Shown here: in pieces, positions 31,738-40,235 of the stretch
How positions within the stretch are numbered: the stretch's first letter is position 1
Layout: each line of letters opens with the position of its first letter
From: an uncultured Nitrospiraceae bacterium
Lineage (GTDB): Bacteria > Nitrospirota > Thermodesulfovibrionia > Thermodesulfovibrionales > Dissulfurispiraceae
Assembly: GCA_963705105.1 (NCBI GenBank)
Contig: CAVPIW010000006.1
Location: 256,001-320,000, forward strand
DNA: 64,000 nucleotides
Reading direction: 5' to 3'
The notes under the pieces: model-generated
Seen by the model: the letters and a program-made list of their open reading frames with translations, nothing else
What the model was told of the DNA's origin: nothing
Databases searched by the model: none
Program-made: the position numbers and the translations under genes

Positions 31738-32865
31738 ATGACATCGAATAGTCCACTCGTTACGGCAACCACGACACATCAGCTTCAAGGCATGAGCGGC
31801 GGAGCCCGGGGTCAGACTCTTTCTGCCGGCGGCATTACGGAGAAAGAGATGCCTTTTCAGAGGTATCTCTCTGCATCAGAAAACAACGGAACCCCCTGCG
31901 AGCAGTGTCAGACGGTCATCCCGGGGACGGCCGAGGGGAGCGTCTTCCCGTTGCAGCTCTTCAGGGAAGCACTGGATCGGGAGGAAGATCAGGCAGAGGA
32001 CCTCGCGGCCCTTCTGATCTCCCTTCTCCAACCCTCCGCCCCGGCAAATCAGATACACACAGCCCCTGACACATCCGGCAGCGCCGTCGTTGCCGGTGAT
32101 CCGGTCCCTGCGTTCTCCCCATTGCAGGGAGGTGCGGCAGCAGCGGCACAGGAGGGCATGACGGTGCAGGGACAGGACTTGCATACCGATACCGGGGGTG
32201 ACACTGTTCAAAAAGAACTGAACGATGCACATTTCCGGATGCCCCCGGCGGGCGGACAGGGCGAGGATGTGAAGCCGGCTCCTGAAGAGGAATTCGGTGT
32301 GCTGCAGAATCCCGCCACGGAAACCGTCGTCACTGCCGGTGACGACAGGGCGCACATTGCCGTTTCCGACCTACTGGATGCCGGAAAAAGCGCGAATGAA
32401 CACGTGCAGGTTTTCGCATCACATCCCCAGACCGCGCCGTCCGGCAAGGGAGAGACCCAGGGTTCCGGAGAATCCGGAGCCGTCCGGCAGACAGTGACGG
32501 TCACGGAGCTCACAGGCATTCACAGGCCCATTCTCAAGGCTCTTGCTGCAGGCGAGAGGCAGCTGATCATCGAGATCCGGCCGCCCGACCTGGGAACGCT
32601 CCAGATTCGCCTCACCTCGGACAGGGGCATCATTTCGGCTGATATAACAGTTGACAGCCAGGCTGTGCGTGACATGCTCTCCGTCGCCCTGCCCCAGATC
32701 CGGACATCTATTGAGGAATCGGGAGTCAGCCTCAGGGAATTCTCCGTCGATCTCAGGAGGGATCCGGACCCGCAGGACGACAGGAGAGAGCAGCAGACCG
32801 GGCAGGACAGGAAAGAAAAGGAACAGCGCGGGGGAGGAGAGAATTTCCTCAACCTTTTCGCATAA
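31738..32865 (+). CDS. fliK: Flagellar hook-length control protein FliK
   Basis: Low-complexity N-terminus; C-terminal IEIRPPDLGTLQIRL domain; precedes flgD. Confidence 0.85.
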   Translation: MTSNSPLVTATTTHQLQGMSGGARGQTLSAGGITEKEMPFQRYLSASENNGTPCEQCQTVIPGTAEGSVFPLQLFREALDREEDQAEDLAALLISLLQPSAPANQIHTAPDTSGSAVVAGDPVPAFSPLQGGAAAAAQEGMTVQGQDLHTDTGGDTVQKELNDAHFRMPPAGGQGEDVKPAPEEEFGVLQNPATETVVTAGDDRAHIAVSDLLDAGKSANEHVQVFASHPQTAPSGKGETQGSGESGAVRQTVTVTELTGIHRPILKALAAGERQLIIEIRPPDLGTLQIRLTSDRGIISADITVDSQAVRDMLSVALPQIRTSIEESGVSLREFSVDLRRDPDPQDDRREQQTGQDRKEKEQRGGGENFLNLFA

Positions 32866-32882
32866 AGACAGAGGAGGAACAC

Positions 32883-33353
32883 ATGGCGGCAACGGATAGT
32901 ATTACGAACAGTCAGACAGTCGGCGGTACGGTTGAGACAAAGAAACCCGCCCAGGTCAAGAAGGAACTCGGCAAGGACGACTTTCTGAACCTTCTCGTGA
33001 CACAGCTCAGATACCAGGACCCTCTCAATCCGATGAAGGATCAGGAATTCATCGCACAGATGGCATCCTTCAGCAATCTCGAGCAGATGAACAACCTGAA
33101 TAAGAACATCGGTTCTTTTATTACGGAACAGAAATATGCAAACGGCCTCAACGCAGCTGCCATGATCGGCATGGAAATCACCGATGCGGATGGTCAGAAG
33201 GGTATCGTGAGCGGCGTCGATATGAATGATTCGCTCGTCCTTGTCGTCAATGACCGCAAAGTGCCCCTCAAGGACGTCCGGGCGATTCACAGGGCGCCGA
33301 CGGAAACACCGGATACGGGCACACAGACCTCACAGACTACAGAGAAAACGTAA
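32883..33353 (+). CDS. flgD: Flagellar hook cap protein FlgD
   Basis: LGKDDFLNLLVTQLRYQDPLNPM...EFIAQMASFSNLEQ. Confidence 0.95.
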   Translation: MAATDSITNSQTVGGTVETKKPAQVKKELGKDDFLNLLVTQLRYQDPLNPMKDQEFIAQMASFSNLEQMNNLNKNIGSFITEQKYANGLNAAAMIGMEITDADGQKGIVSGVDMNDSLVLVVNDRKVPLKDVRAIHRAPTETPDTGTQTSQTTEKT

Positions 33354-33374
33354 AGATATAAGGAGGACGCAACA

Positions 33375-34661
33375 ATGGGTATAATGTCATCTCTCTTCAC
33401 CGGTGTCAGCGGTATCGGCGCGAGCGGTATGTTGCTGTCGGTCATCGGTGACAATATCGCCAACGCAAACACCACGGGATTCAAGGGAAGCAGGGGAAGT
33501 TTCGGCGACATCCTCAGCCAGTCCCTCGGCGGCAGCACCTCTTTTCAGATCGGCAGAGGTGTCAACCTTCAGGGGGTGCAGGGGATGTTCACCCAGGGCA
33601 CCATCGAGACGACGTCCAGTCCACTGGACCTCGCCATAGAAGGCGACGGCTTTTTCATCGTCCAGTCGCCCGACGGGGGCAACTTCTTCACGAGGGCCGG
33701 CCAGTTCAAGATCGACAGGGACGGCAACATCGTCAACCCAGATGGCATGCTCCTGCAGGGGTACCTGACACAGGAGGGCGGGGTCATGGGCAGGATCAAC
33801 GTGGCGTCCATCAACAGCCTGCCGAACCCGTCGGACCAGATCACTATCTCGGCAAACCTCAACTCGGACGATCCGCTCCCGGTAGATCCCTTTGACGTCG
33901 CCGATCCGGTGAATACGTCGAACTTTTCCACATCCATATCCGTGTATGACTCTCTGGGGAACAGCCATCTCGTCAATATCTATTTCAGAAAGTCCGCCGA
34001 GGCACCGACGGGCAACAGCTGGGAATGGTTCGCCGTCGTGAGCGCCGCTGACAGCGAGAGCGGAAACACGGAGATACAGGCCCAGGGAACGCTGACGTTC
34101 GACACCAACGGCGCCCTGACCGACGAGACTGATCCGACCTATCCGACGGGCGGCTTCGATTTCAGCGGCGGCGTCACCCAGGACCAGCAGATCGCCTTCG
34201 ATTTCGGACGGAGCATCGCCGAGGGAGGCAGCGGAGTGACGGGGACGACCCAGTTCGGCTCTCCCAATTCCGTGTTGTTCCAGACGCAGAACGGGTTTTC
34301 AGCCGGAAGCATTCAGAGCATTGTCGTCGATCAGGAGGGCGTCATGACAGGCATCTTCTCGAACGGCCAGACCATGGAGATCGCAAAGGTTGCCCTGGCC
34401 CGCTTCATCGCACCGACGGAACTGGCAAAAATGGGGAAGAATCTCTTCGGCGAGTCCGCCTCATCGGGTGTTCCCATTGTCGGCACGGCAGGCACATCGG
34501 GCAGGGGCAGTATCATGGCGAGCTCCCTCGAAGCGAGCAACATCGATCTTGCTGATGAGTTCGTCAAGATGATAGCGGCGCAGAGGGGATTCCAGGCGAA
34601 CACCCGCGTCATAACGACGACGGATGAGCTCCTGTCGGAGCTGATGGCCCTCAAGAGGTAG
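33375..34661 (+). CDS. flgE: Flagellar hook protein FlgE
   Basis: GDNIANANTTGFK, DLAIEGDGFF, VYDSLGN, LEASNIDLA..F..MI.AQRGFQAN. Confidence 0.95.
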   Translation: MGIMSSLFTGVSGIGASGMLLSVIGDNIANANTTGFKGSRGSFGDILSQSLGGSTSFQIGRGVNLQGVQGMFTQGTIETTSSPLDLAIEGDGFFIVQSPDGGNFFTRAGQFKIDRDGNIVNPDGMLLQGYLTQEGGVMGRINVASINSLPNPSDQITISANLNSDDPLPVDPFDVADPVNTSNFSTSISVYDSLGNSHLVNIYFRKSAEAPTGNSWEWFAVVSAADSESGNTEIQAQGTLTFDTNGALTDETDPTYPTGGFDFSGGVTQDQQIAFDFGRSIAEGGSGVTGTTQFGSPNSVLFQTQNGFSAGSIQSIVVDQEGVMTGIFSNGQTMEIAKVALARFIAPTELAKMGKNLFGESASSGVPIVGTAGTSGRGSIMASSLEASNIDLADEFVKMIAAQRGFQANTRVITTTDELLSELMALKR

Positions 34662-34696
34662 CGTATACCGGAAGCCAGCCCCATCCCTGCACCCCC

Positions 34697-34731
34697 GGAA
34701 GCCCCGTCAGTCGTGATCTGACGGGGCTTCC
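34697..34731. terminator. Strong hairpin after flgE (terminator or stabiliser)
   Basis: Perfect 14-bp stem GGAAGCCCCGTCAG/CTGACGGGGCTTCC with 7-nt loop; no clear U-tract. Confidence 0.6.
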
Positions 34732-35099
34732 CGTTGTCGACATATCTTCAAAGCATTGCCGCTCACTCTTCCTCGGAGGAGAGGAGGACGCATCATGGCA
34801 GCAGGCCTCCTGCGGCTTTCTTCGTGGTCTGCGACTGCGTGATATAACGCAGGACTGACTGAGGAACCCTTCAATGCAGGACGGCGGCATCGGAGATGTC
34901 AGTTCTATCTATATGAATTAAAAACAATTTTTATCTAAATCCCCATTTTTAATAATCAGGTATGTAACTTGCCAATTGAAGTGAGTCTCCGTGCCGTCCA
35001 GAGGGATACAGGATTATGCCGATACAGAAAAACAACATGCTGTCGTCTGCGTCGCGGCGCAACATTTTCCATGAGTTTCACCCGGTCGTTGCGTCACAA

Positions 35100-35411
35100 T
35101 TGAAACGCCGCGACGGAAAGCAGTACATGATCCTTCTCTTTATCATGCCGGTGGTTTTCCTCGTATCTGCAGTCGCCATCGCCTTTGACAACCACGACTT
35201 CGCATATCCGAAGCCCCAGTGTTCGATATGTGAGTTGAAAAAGGCCTATAAGGCTACATTGAACAAAGATCAGCAGGCATGCATCCCGGAGTCCGTCGCA
35301 GCCTTGCGCACAGAGGGCGATCGGTACCATCCCCCGCCGGTTCAGCACCACCCGCCCGTGTGCCTTTTCCCCTCCCGGGAGTCTGACAGGGCCCCTCCAC
35401 CACTCTCCTGA
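35100..35411 (+). CDS. DUF2946-like secreted CxxC/RAPP leader (candidate arrest peptide)
   Basis: From TTG 35100: KRR n-region, hydrophobic core, AIA cleavage-like site, H..., CSIC, Pro-rich linker, C-terminal DRAPPPLS*; ORF open from 35016. Confidence 0.7.
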   Translation: MKRRDGKQYMILLFIMPVVFLVSAVAIAFDNHDFAYPKPQCSICELKKAYKATLNKDQQACIPESVAALRTEGDRYHPPPVQHHPPVCLFPSRESDRAPPPLS

Positions 35412-35497
35412 CATTCCCGAAGTGATCATCAAGCGACTTGTCGGCGGAGGTGTTTCATCAAACTCCGCCGCCTCGGTAGACATTCCGGAAAGGAGAG
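35403..35497 (+). promoter_or_regulatory. Putative SD-sequestering mRNA structure
   Basis: CTCTCCT (35403-35409) is the exact reverse complement of SD AGGAGAG (35491-35497); enclosed stem CGGCGGAG/CTCCGCCG (35442-35470). Confidence 0.55.
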
Positions 35498-35500
35498 CAT

Positions 35501-35818
35501 ATGAAACGTGATGTGTCAAACCGTCAATGGGCAAACGGGCCGCATATGGATGCGCGACATGGAAATGTGCACATCTCTTATACGTGTGGTGCCCTTAATG
35601 ATTACGAATCCCTCTGTCTTGATGTGAAGGATCTCGTCGACAGCGCTGTCGAACTTCTTCTGAACAAGACATGCCTTGCTGCGGGAGAAGAGGGACCGAT
35701 CAGAATCTGCGTCGAACACTGCCAGAAGCGGTGCCTGAACGACACCCCGCTGGGCGACCTGCGCTATCTGAAGGTTTATGTGGAAGGTCACGCTCCCTGT
35801 ATCGTCATGGCATACTAA
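35501..35818 (+). CDS. Hypothetical Cys/His-rich protein (105 aa)
   Basis: SD GAAAGGAG before ATG; 7 Cys and 5 His including C-VEH-C-QKR-C; family not recognised. Confidence 0.6.
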   Translation: MKRDVSNRQWANGPHMDARHGNVHISYTCGALNDYESLCLDVKDLVDSAVELLLNKTCLAAGEEGPIRICVEHCQKRCLNDTPLGDLRYLKVYVEGHAPCIVMAY

Positions 35819-36066
35819 GATCCGTCTCACGGATGCGGGGATCGGTTTTCCCCCCAAGGAATCCGGAAGATTCGGGATAGCCTGAATCGCGGCGATCGAA
35901 GCCGCTCTCAGGCAGGATTCGGCATCATCCTGGTGCGACGACAAGGTCGGTGAAGAACGGTGTTTCTCTGCTGACCATCAGGCATCGCCATCCTCAACCC
36001 GCCCCCGATGACACCTATGTCAGGAATGGCTCTCATATGTTTGTTTTGCCGGCTTTTGCCCCGCTA

Positions 36067-36121
36067 GTTAACAATTTGACATGGTCAGCATCTGCGTAAC
36101 CATAAGCGTCAGTAATTTGAC
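36067..36121. promoter_or_regulatory. Pair of FleQ-box-like sites upstream of fliL
   Basis: GTTAACAATTTGAC (36067-36080) and GTCAGTAATTTGAC (36108-36121). Confidence 0.5.
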
Positions 36122-36164
36122 ATCATCTTGCATAGTATGTCTGCATATCAATGAGATAGATGAC

Positions 36165-36180
36165 TGGCATAGTCTGTGCT
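36165..36180 (+). promoter_or_regulatory. Putative sigma54 promoter of the fliL operon
   Basis: TGGCATA-GTCT-GTGCT (GG-N10-GC). Confidence 0.65.
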
Positions 36181-36273
36181 CATATCGGCATGTAACAGGT
36201 TGCGGGGGTTCTGTCTCCGTCGGGCCCCGGAACCTCATGATTCATGTCATAGCACAGAAGGGGGTAAGTCTTC

Positions 36274-36747
36274 ATGGCAGAGGAGAAGGACGAGAAGACG
36301 GCTGAGGAGCCGAAGAAGAAGAAGGGAAAGCTCATTTTGCTCATCGGCATGGTTGTCGTTGCCCTGCTTGCCGGAGGCGCAGGCGCGTATTTTTATTTTT
36401 CGAAATCCTCTCCCAAGGACAAAAAGGAGGAAAGCAAAAAGGAGGAAGGTGTCATGTTCCCCCTGGAGCCCTTTGTCGTCAATCTCGGTGACCAGGGCAG
36501 CATGAGGTTCCTGAAGCTGACCATCCATATCGAGCTCTCGAAGCAGGAAATGGCTGAAAAGGCGAAGATCCGGGCTCCCCAGATGCGCGATTCGATCATC
36601 ACCCTCCTGACAAGCAAGACCGTCGATTCGATCATTACGCCCGAGGGTAAGCTGCAGCTCAAGGATGAAATCAGCCTGAGACTCAACCAGATTCTCGGTG
36701 AAGGTTCGGTCAGGAACGTGTTTATGACCGATTTTGTGATGCAGTAG
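36274..36747 (+). CDS. fliL: Flagellar basal body protein FliL
   Basis: KKKGKL-TM-GGAGAYFYF, LEPFVVNL, PQMRD, EGKLQLK.EI, TDFVMQ. Confidence 0.93.
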   Translation: MAEEKDEKTAEEPKKKKGKLILLIGMVVVALLAGGAGAYFYFSKSSPKDKKEESKKEEGVMFPLEPFVVNLGDQGSMRFLKLTIHIELSKQEMAEKAKIRAPQMRDSIITLLTSKTVDSIITPEGKLQLKDEISLRLNQILGEGSVRNVFMTDFVMQ

Positions 36748-36803
36748 GACCGCGTATGAAGACAGTCATGCGCAGATATAAGGCGAAGAGGGGCCGCTGA
36801 GCG

Positions 36804-37778
36804 ATGGATGACATACTCTCCCAGGAAGAAGTCGATGCCCTGTTGCGGGGTATCGAGGACGGAGCGGTCGAGACCGAGCAGGTCTCGGAGATATCGGGTG
36901 TCAAAACCTTCGATTTCATGGGACAGGAAAAGATCGTCCGGGGGAGGATGCCCGCTCTCGATATCGCCAATGAACGGCTTGCGAGGAACTTCCGCCTCTC
37001 CCTGTCGGCCGCCCTGCGGCGTATGGTCGACATAACGAAAGTCTCCGTCAGCATCACCAAGTTCTACGATTTCATGCGGTCTATTCCCCTTCCGTCGAGC
37101 ATCAACGTTTTCCGGATGGAACCCTTCAGAGGGCACGGGCTCCTCATCCTGGACGTACCGCTGATTTTTAATCTGGTTGAGTTTTTCTTCGGCGGCACGG
37201 GGAAAGGACATTTCAAACCCGAGGGCAGGGAATTCACGCCGATCGAACAAAAGATCATCCAGAAGGTTGTCCTCATGTTTTTCAAAGACATGGAGGAATC
37301 ATGGAATCCTGTACACCCTGTCACACTGTCCTATGTCCGTTCCGAGACGAACCCTCAGTTCGTGACGATCGTCACACCCGTGGACGTCGTCATCAATGTG
37401 GAATTCACGATCGAGATCGAGACGAAGGAATGCAAGATGTTTCTCTGCATCCCGTACAGCATGATCGAGCCGATCAAGGACAAGCTTTACAGCGCCTTTT
37501 CCGCCGAGAACGAGGATCTTGACATGAAGTGGATCGGCCGGCTGAAGGATCAGCTCATGGACATGCCCGTCGAGGTCACCGGTGAACTCGGCAGGACGAA
37601 GTACACGGTGCGGCAGATCCTCGACCTCAAGACGGGCGATGTCATTCTGCTCGATCGCCGCACCGACGACGATATCGCCGTTTTGTTGGAGGGGACCCCC
37701 AAGTTCATGGGAAAATTCGGCATTCACCGCAGTGCTTACGCAGTAAAGATCACGAGAGATATCAAACCCGGGGGATAA
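36804..37778 (+). CDS. fliM: Flagellar motor switch protein FliM
   Basis: ILSQEEVDALL CheY-binding peptide, GREFT.IEQ, SETNPQF, CIPYSMIEPI. Confidence 0.95.
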   Translation: MDDILSQEEVDALLRGIEDGAVETEQVSEISGVKTFDFMGQEKIVRGRMPALDIANERLARNFRLSLSAALRRMVDITKVSVSITKFYDFMRSIPLPSSINVFRMEPFRGHGLLILDVPLIFNLVEFFFGGTGKGHFKPEGREFTPIEQKIIQKVVLMFFKDMEESWNPVHPVTLSYVRSETNPQFVTIVTPVDVVINVEFTIEIETKECKMFLCIPYSMIEPIKDKLYSAFSAENEDLDMKWIGRLKDQLMDMPVEVTGELGRTKYTVRQILDLKTGDVILLDRRTDDDIAVLLEGTPKFMGKFGIHRSAYAVKITRDIKPGG

Positions 37779-37803
37779 GGCGCCCGTTGGAAGGAGAACG
37801 AAG

Positions 37804-38133
37804 ATGGCAGATGAGATCAGGGAACACGACGTACAGGCATTGCAGGGGGAGGAGAGGGGACCCCAGGTGCAGACGAGGGACATCAATTTCCTTCTCGACG
37901 TCCCCCTCGAGATGACGGTGGTGATCGGGAGGACGAAGATCCTGATCCAGGAACTCCTGCAGCTCGGGCAGGGGTCGGTCATTACCCTCGAGAAATTCGC
38001 CGGTGAGCCGATGGACGTCTATGTGAGCGACAAGCTCGTGGGACGGGGAGAGATCGTCGTGGTGAACGAGAAATTCGGCATCAGGCTGACGGACATCATC
38101 AGTCCCACCGAGCGGGTGAGACAGCTGCAGTAG
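37804..38133 (+). CDS. fliN: Flagellar motor switch protein FliN
   Basis: LLDVPLE..V.IGRT, L.LGQGSVI.L, GEIVVVNEKFGIR. Confidence 0.95.
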   Translation: MADEIREHDVQALQGEERGPQVQTRDINFLLDVPLEMTVVIGRTKILIQELLQLGQGSVITLEKFAGEPMDVYVSDKLVGRGEIVVVNEKFGIRLTDIISPTERVRQLQ

Positions 38134-38147
38134 GGCAGGGTGCAAAG

Positions 38148-39224
38148 ATGGAACTGGAGCTCCTGAAAGTCCTCGCCGTCCTCATCGTGATGCTCGGCGT
38201 CCTGTACGGGGTGCTGAAGATCGTGAAAAGGAGGATGACACCGTCCGACGGTATCATCGAAATGCTGCACTATCAACCCCTGGGCCCGAAAAAGGGGATT
38301 GCGATCGTGAAGATCGTGAAAGACTATCTCGTCGTCGGTGTTTCCGATGAGCAGATATCCCTCCTTGACAAGCTCAGTCCCGAAGAGATCGAGCCGTCAC
38401 TCATGAGTCGGAGTGAGGTCAGAAAAATACCGGCCCGCAGAGGCGCACCGGGTTTCGGCAGGACAATGGGCCTGTTCGCCCGCAAGAAGTGCCGCGTCAT
38501 GACCCTGCTCCTCTGCGCCGCGCTGACGCTCCCGTTCACCCCTGCCCTTGCATACGCCCAGCAGAGACAGGCCGCAGGCGGGGGGTTCCTCGGGACGGGC
38601 CTGACAACGCCCGTCGAGATTCTCCTGTTCCTCACGCTCCTCTCCCTGCTGCCGGCTATCCTTGTCATGACGACGTCGTTCACGAGGATCGTCGTCATCC
38701 TCTCCTTTCTCAGGCAGGCCCTCGGAACGCCCCAGGTGCCGCCGACGCAGGTCATCATCGGTCTTTCCCTCTTCATCACGCTCTTCATCATGTCTCCCGT
38801 CATCGAGCGGGTCTACACCGATGCGTACCTGCCCTACACGCAGAAGGAGATAAACGCGGAGAGCGCCCTCGGCAAGGCCGGCGTTCCCCTGAAGGAATTC
38901 ATGCTGAGGCAGACGCGGGAAAAGGACTTCGCCCTCTTTCTGAAACTGTCGAAATCGGAAAGGCCCGCCACGCCCGCCGATCTCCCGATGAAGGTGGTCA
39001 TCCCCGCTTTCGCCATCGGCGAGCTGAAAAAGGCCTTCGAGATCGGGTTCCTCATCTTCCTGCCTTTTCTCGTCATCGACATGGTCGTGGCGAGCGTCCT
39101 CCTTTCCATGGGGATGATGATGCTCCCTCCTGTCATGGTGTCCATGCCCTTTAAACTGCTCCTCTTCGTCCTCGTCGATGGATGGGACCTGCTCGTCGGG
39201 TCGATCGTGGGGGGATTCAAATGA
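38148..39224 (+). CDS. fliP: FliO-FliP fusion protein
   Basis: N-terminal ~85 aa FliO-like (TM, LGPKKGIAIVK....LVVGVS..QISLL); C-terminal FliP (TSFTRIVVILSFLRQALG..QVPP.QV, IDMVVASVL.SMGMMMLPP); no stop between. Confidence 0.88.
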   Translation: MELELLKVLAVLIVMLGVLYGVLKIVKRRMTPSDGIIEMLHYQPLGPKKGIAIVKIVKDYLVVGVSDEQISLLDKLSPEEIEPSLMSRSEVRKIPARRGAPGFGRTMGLFARKKCRVMTLLLCAALTLPFTPALAYAQQRQAAGGGFLGTGLTTPVEILLFLTLLSLLPAILVMTTSFTRIVVILSFLRQALGTPQVPPTQVIIGLSLFITLFIMSPVIERVYTDAYLPYTQKEINAESALGKAGVPLKEFMLRQTREKDFALFLKLSKSERPATPADLPMKVVIPAFAIGELKKAFEIGFLIFLPFLVIDMVVASVLLSMGMMMLPPVMVSMPFKLLLFVLVDGWDLLVGSIVGGFK

Positions 39225-39490
39225 CCATCGAACTGCTCAACCAGCTTTCGCGGCAGACCTTCGAAACGATCATCCTCGTCGGCGGTCCCGCGCTGATAGT
39301 GAGTCTCATCGTCGGCGTTCTCATCAGCATCTTTCAGGCGGTGACGCAACTCCAGGAGATGACGATCACCTTCGTTCCCAAGATCCTCGCAGTCTTTCTC
39401 ACCCTGTTCATCGCCCTTCCCTGGATGGTCAGCGTGATGGTGAGCTACACCCGGAGCATTCTCGAAAACCTTCCCCTGTATGTGAAATGA
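39221..39490 (+). CDS. fliQ: Flagellar export protein FliQ
   Basis: VGVLISIFQAVTQLQEMTITFVPKI; ATGA overlap with fliP. Confidence 0.95.
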   Translation: MTIELLNQLSRQTFETIILVGGPALIVSLIVGVLISIFQAVTQLQEMTITFVPKILAVFLTLFIALPWMVSVMVSYTRSILENLPLYVK

Positions 39491-39494
39491 CGCC

Positions 39495-40232
39495 ATGGAA
39501 CTGACCGAACTGGTGAACATCTACGCCGGCAAGTTCGTCCCCGTCTTTATCAGGGTTGCCGTGATCCTTTCTTTTATTCCCTTTGTCGGGAGCCGCACGA
39601 CGCCCATCTTCCTGAGGACCGGCATCTCTCTGGCCCTGACGCTCCTCCTGCTGCCCGTCGTCGAGGTGAAGACCGCCGATCCCCTGAAGGCCGTCTTTGA
39701 GGCCTTCTTTATCGGCGCCGCCATCGGTCTGATGGCGAGAATCATCCTCGGCGCCGTTGAAACGGCCGCCCAGTGGGTGGGGCTGGAGATGGGGCTGAGT
39801 GTCGCAGCAATCTTCAATCCCCAGTTCGGCGAGGTCCTGAGCCCCCTCAGCCTCTTCTACAACATTCTCGCCATGGCGCTCTTCTTCATCCTCGACATCC
39901 ATCACCTCTTCATCGAGGGCATCGTGCGGAGCTTCGACATGACGACGGTTCACTACACGGGGATCTTCAACGCCGTCCTGAAGCTGAACGAAATACTCTT
40001 CCCCCTGGCACTCAAGATAGCCGCCCCGGTCATCCTCGTGCAGGTCCTCGCGAACCTCATGATCGGCTTCTTCTCGAGAGCGATTCCGCAGGCGAACATC
40101 TTCTTCATCAGCTTCCCGATCCTTATAACGGCCGGGCTCGTTTTCATCATCCTTTCGATGCCGCTGGTGACGATGGTCATTTCGCGGTCCTTCATCAACA
40201 TCAGAGACGCGATCCAGGTGTTTACGAGGTAG
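39495..40232 (+). CDS. fliR: Flagellar export protein FliR
   Basis: Multi-TM; MGLS.AAIFNPQ, ALKIAAP, RAIPQANIFFISFP. Confidence 0.93.
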   Translation: MELTELVNIYAGKFVPVFIRVAVILSFIPFVGSRTTPIFLRTGISLALTLLLLPVVEVKTADPLKAVFEAFFIGAAIGLMARIILGAVETAAQWVGLEMGLSVAAIFNPQFGEVLSPLSLFYNILAMALFFILDIHHLFIEGIVRSFDMTTVHYTGIFNAVLKLNEILFPLALKIAAPVILVQVLANLMIGFFSRAIPQANIFFISFPILITAGLVFIILSMPLVTMVISRSFINIRDAIQVFTR

Positions 40233-40235
40233 GCG

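Noticed and set aside
34795..34842. 15-codon ORF (MAAGLLRLSSWSATA) behind a strong SD (GGAGAGGAGG)
   Set aside because: Too short, no motif and no other support; could be a gene remnant but cannot be shown
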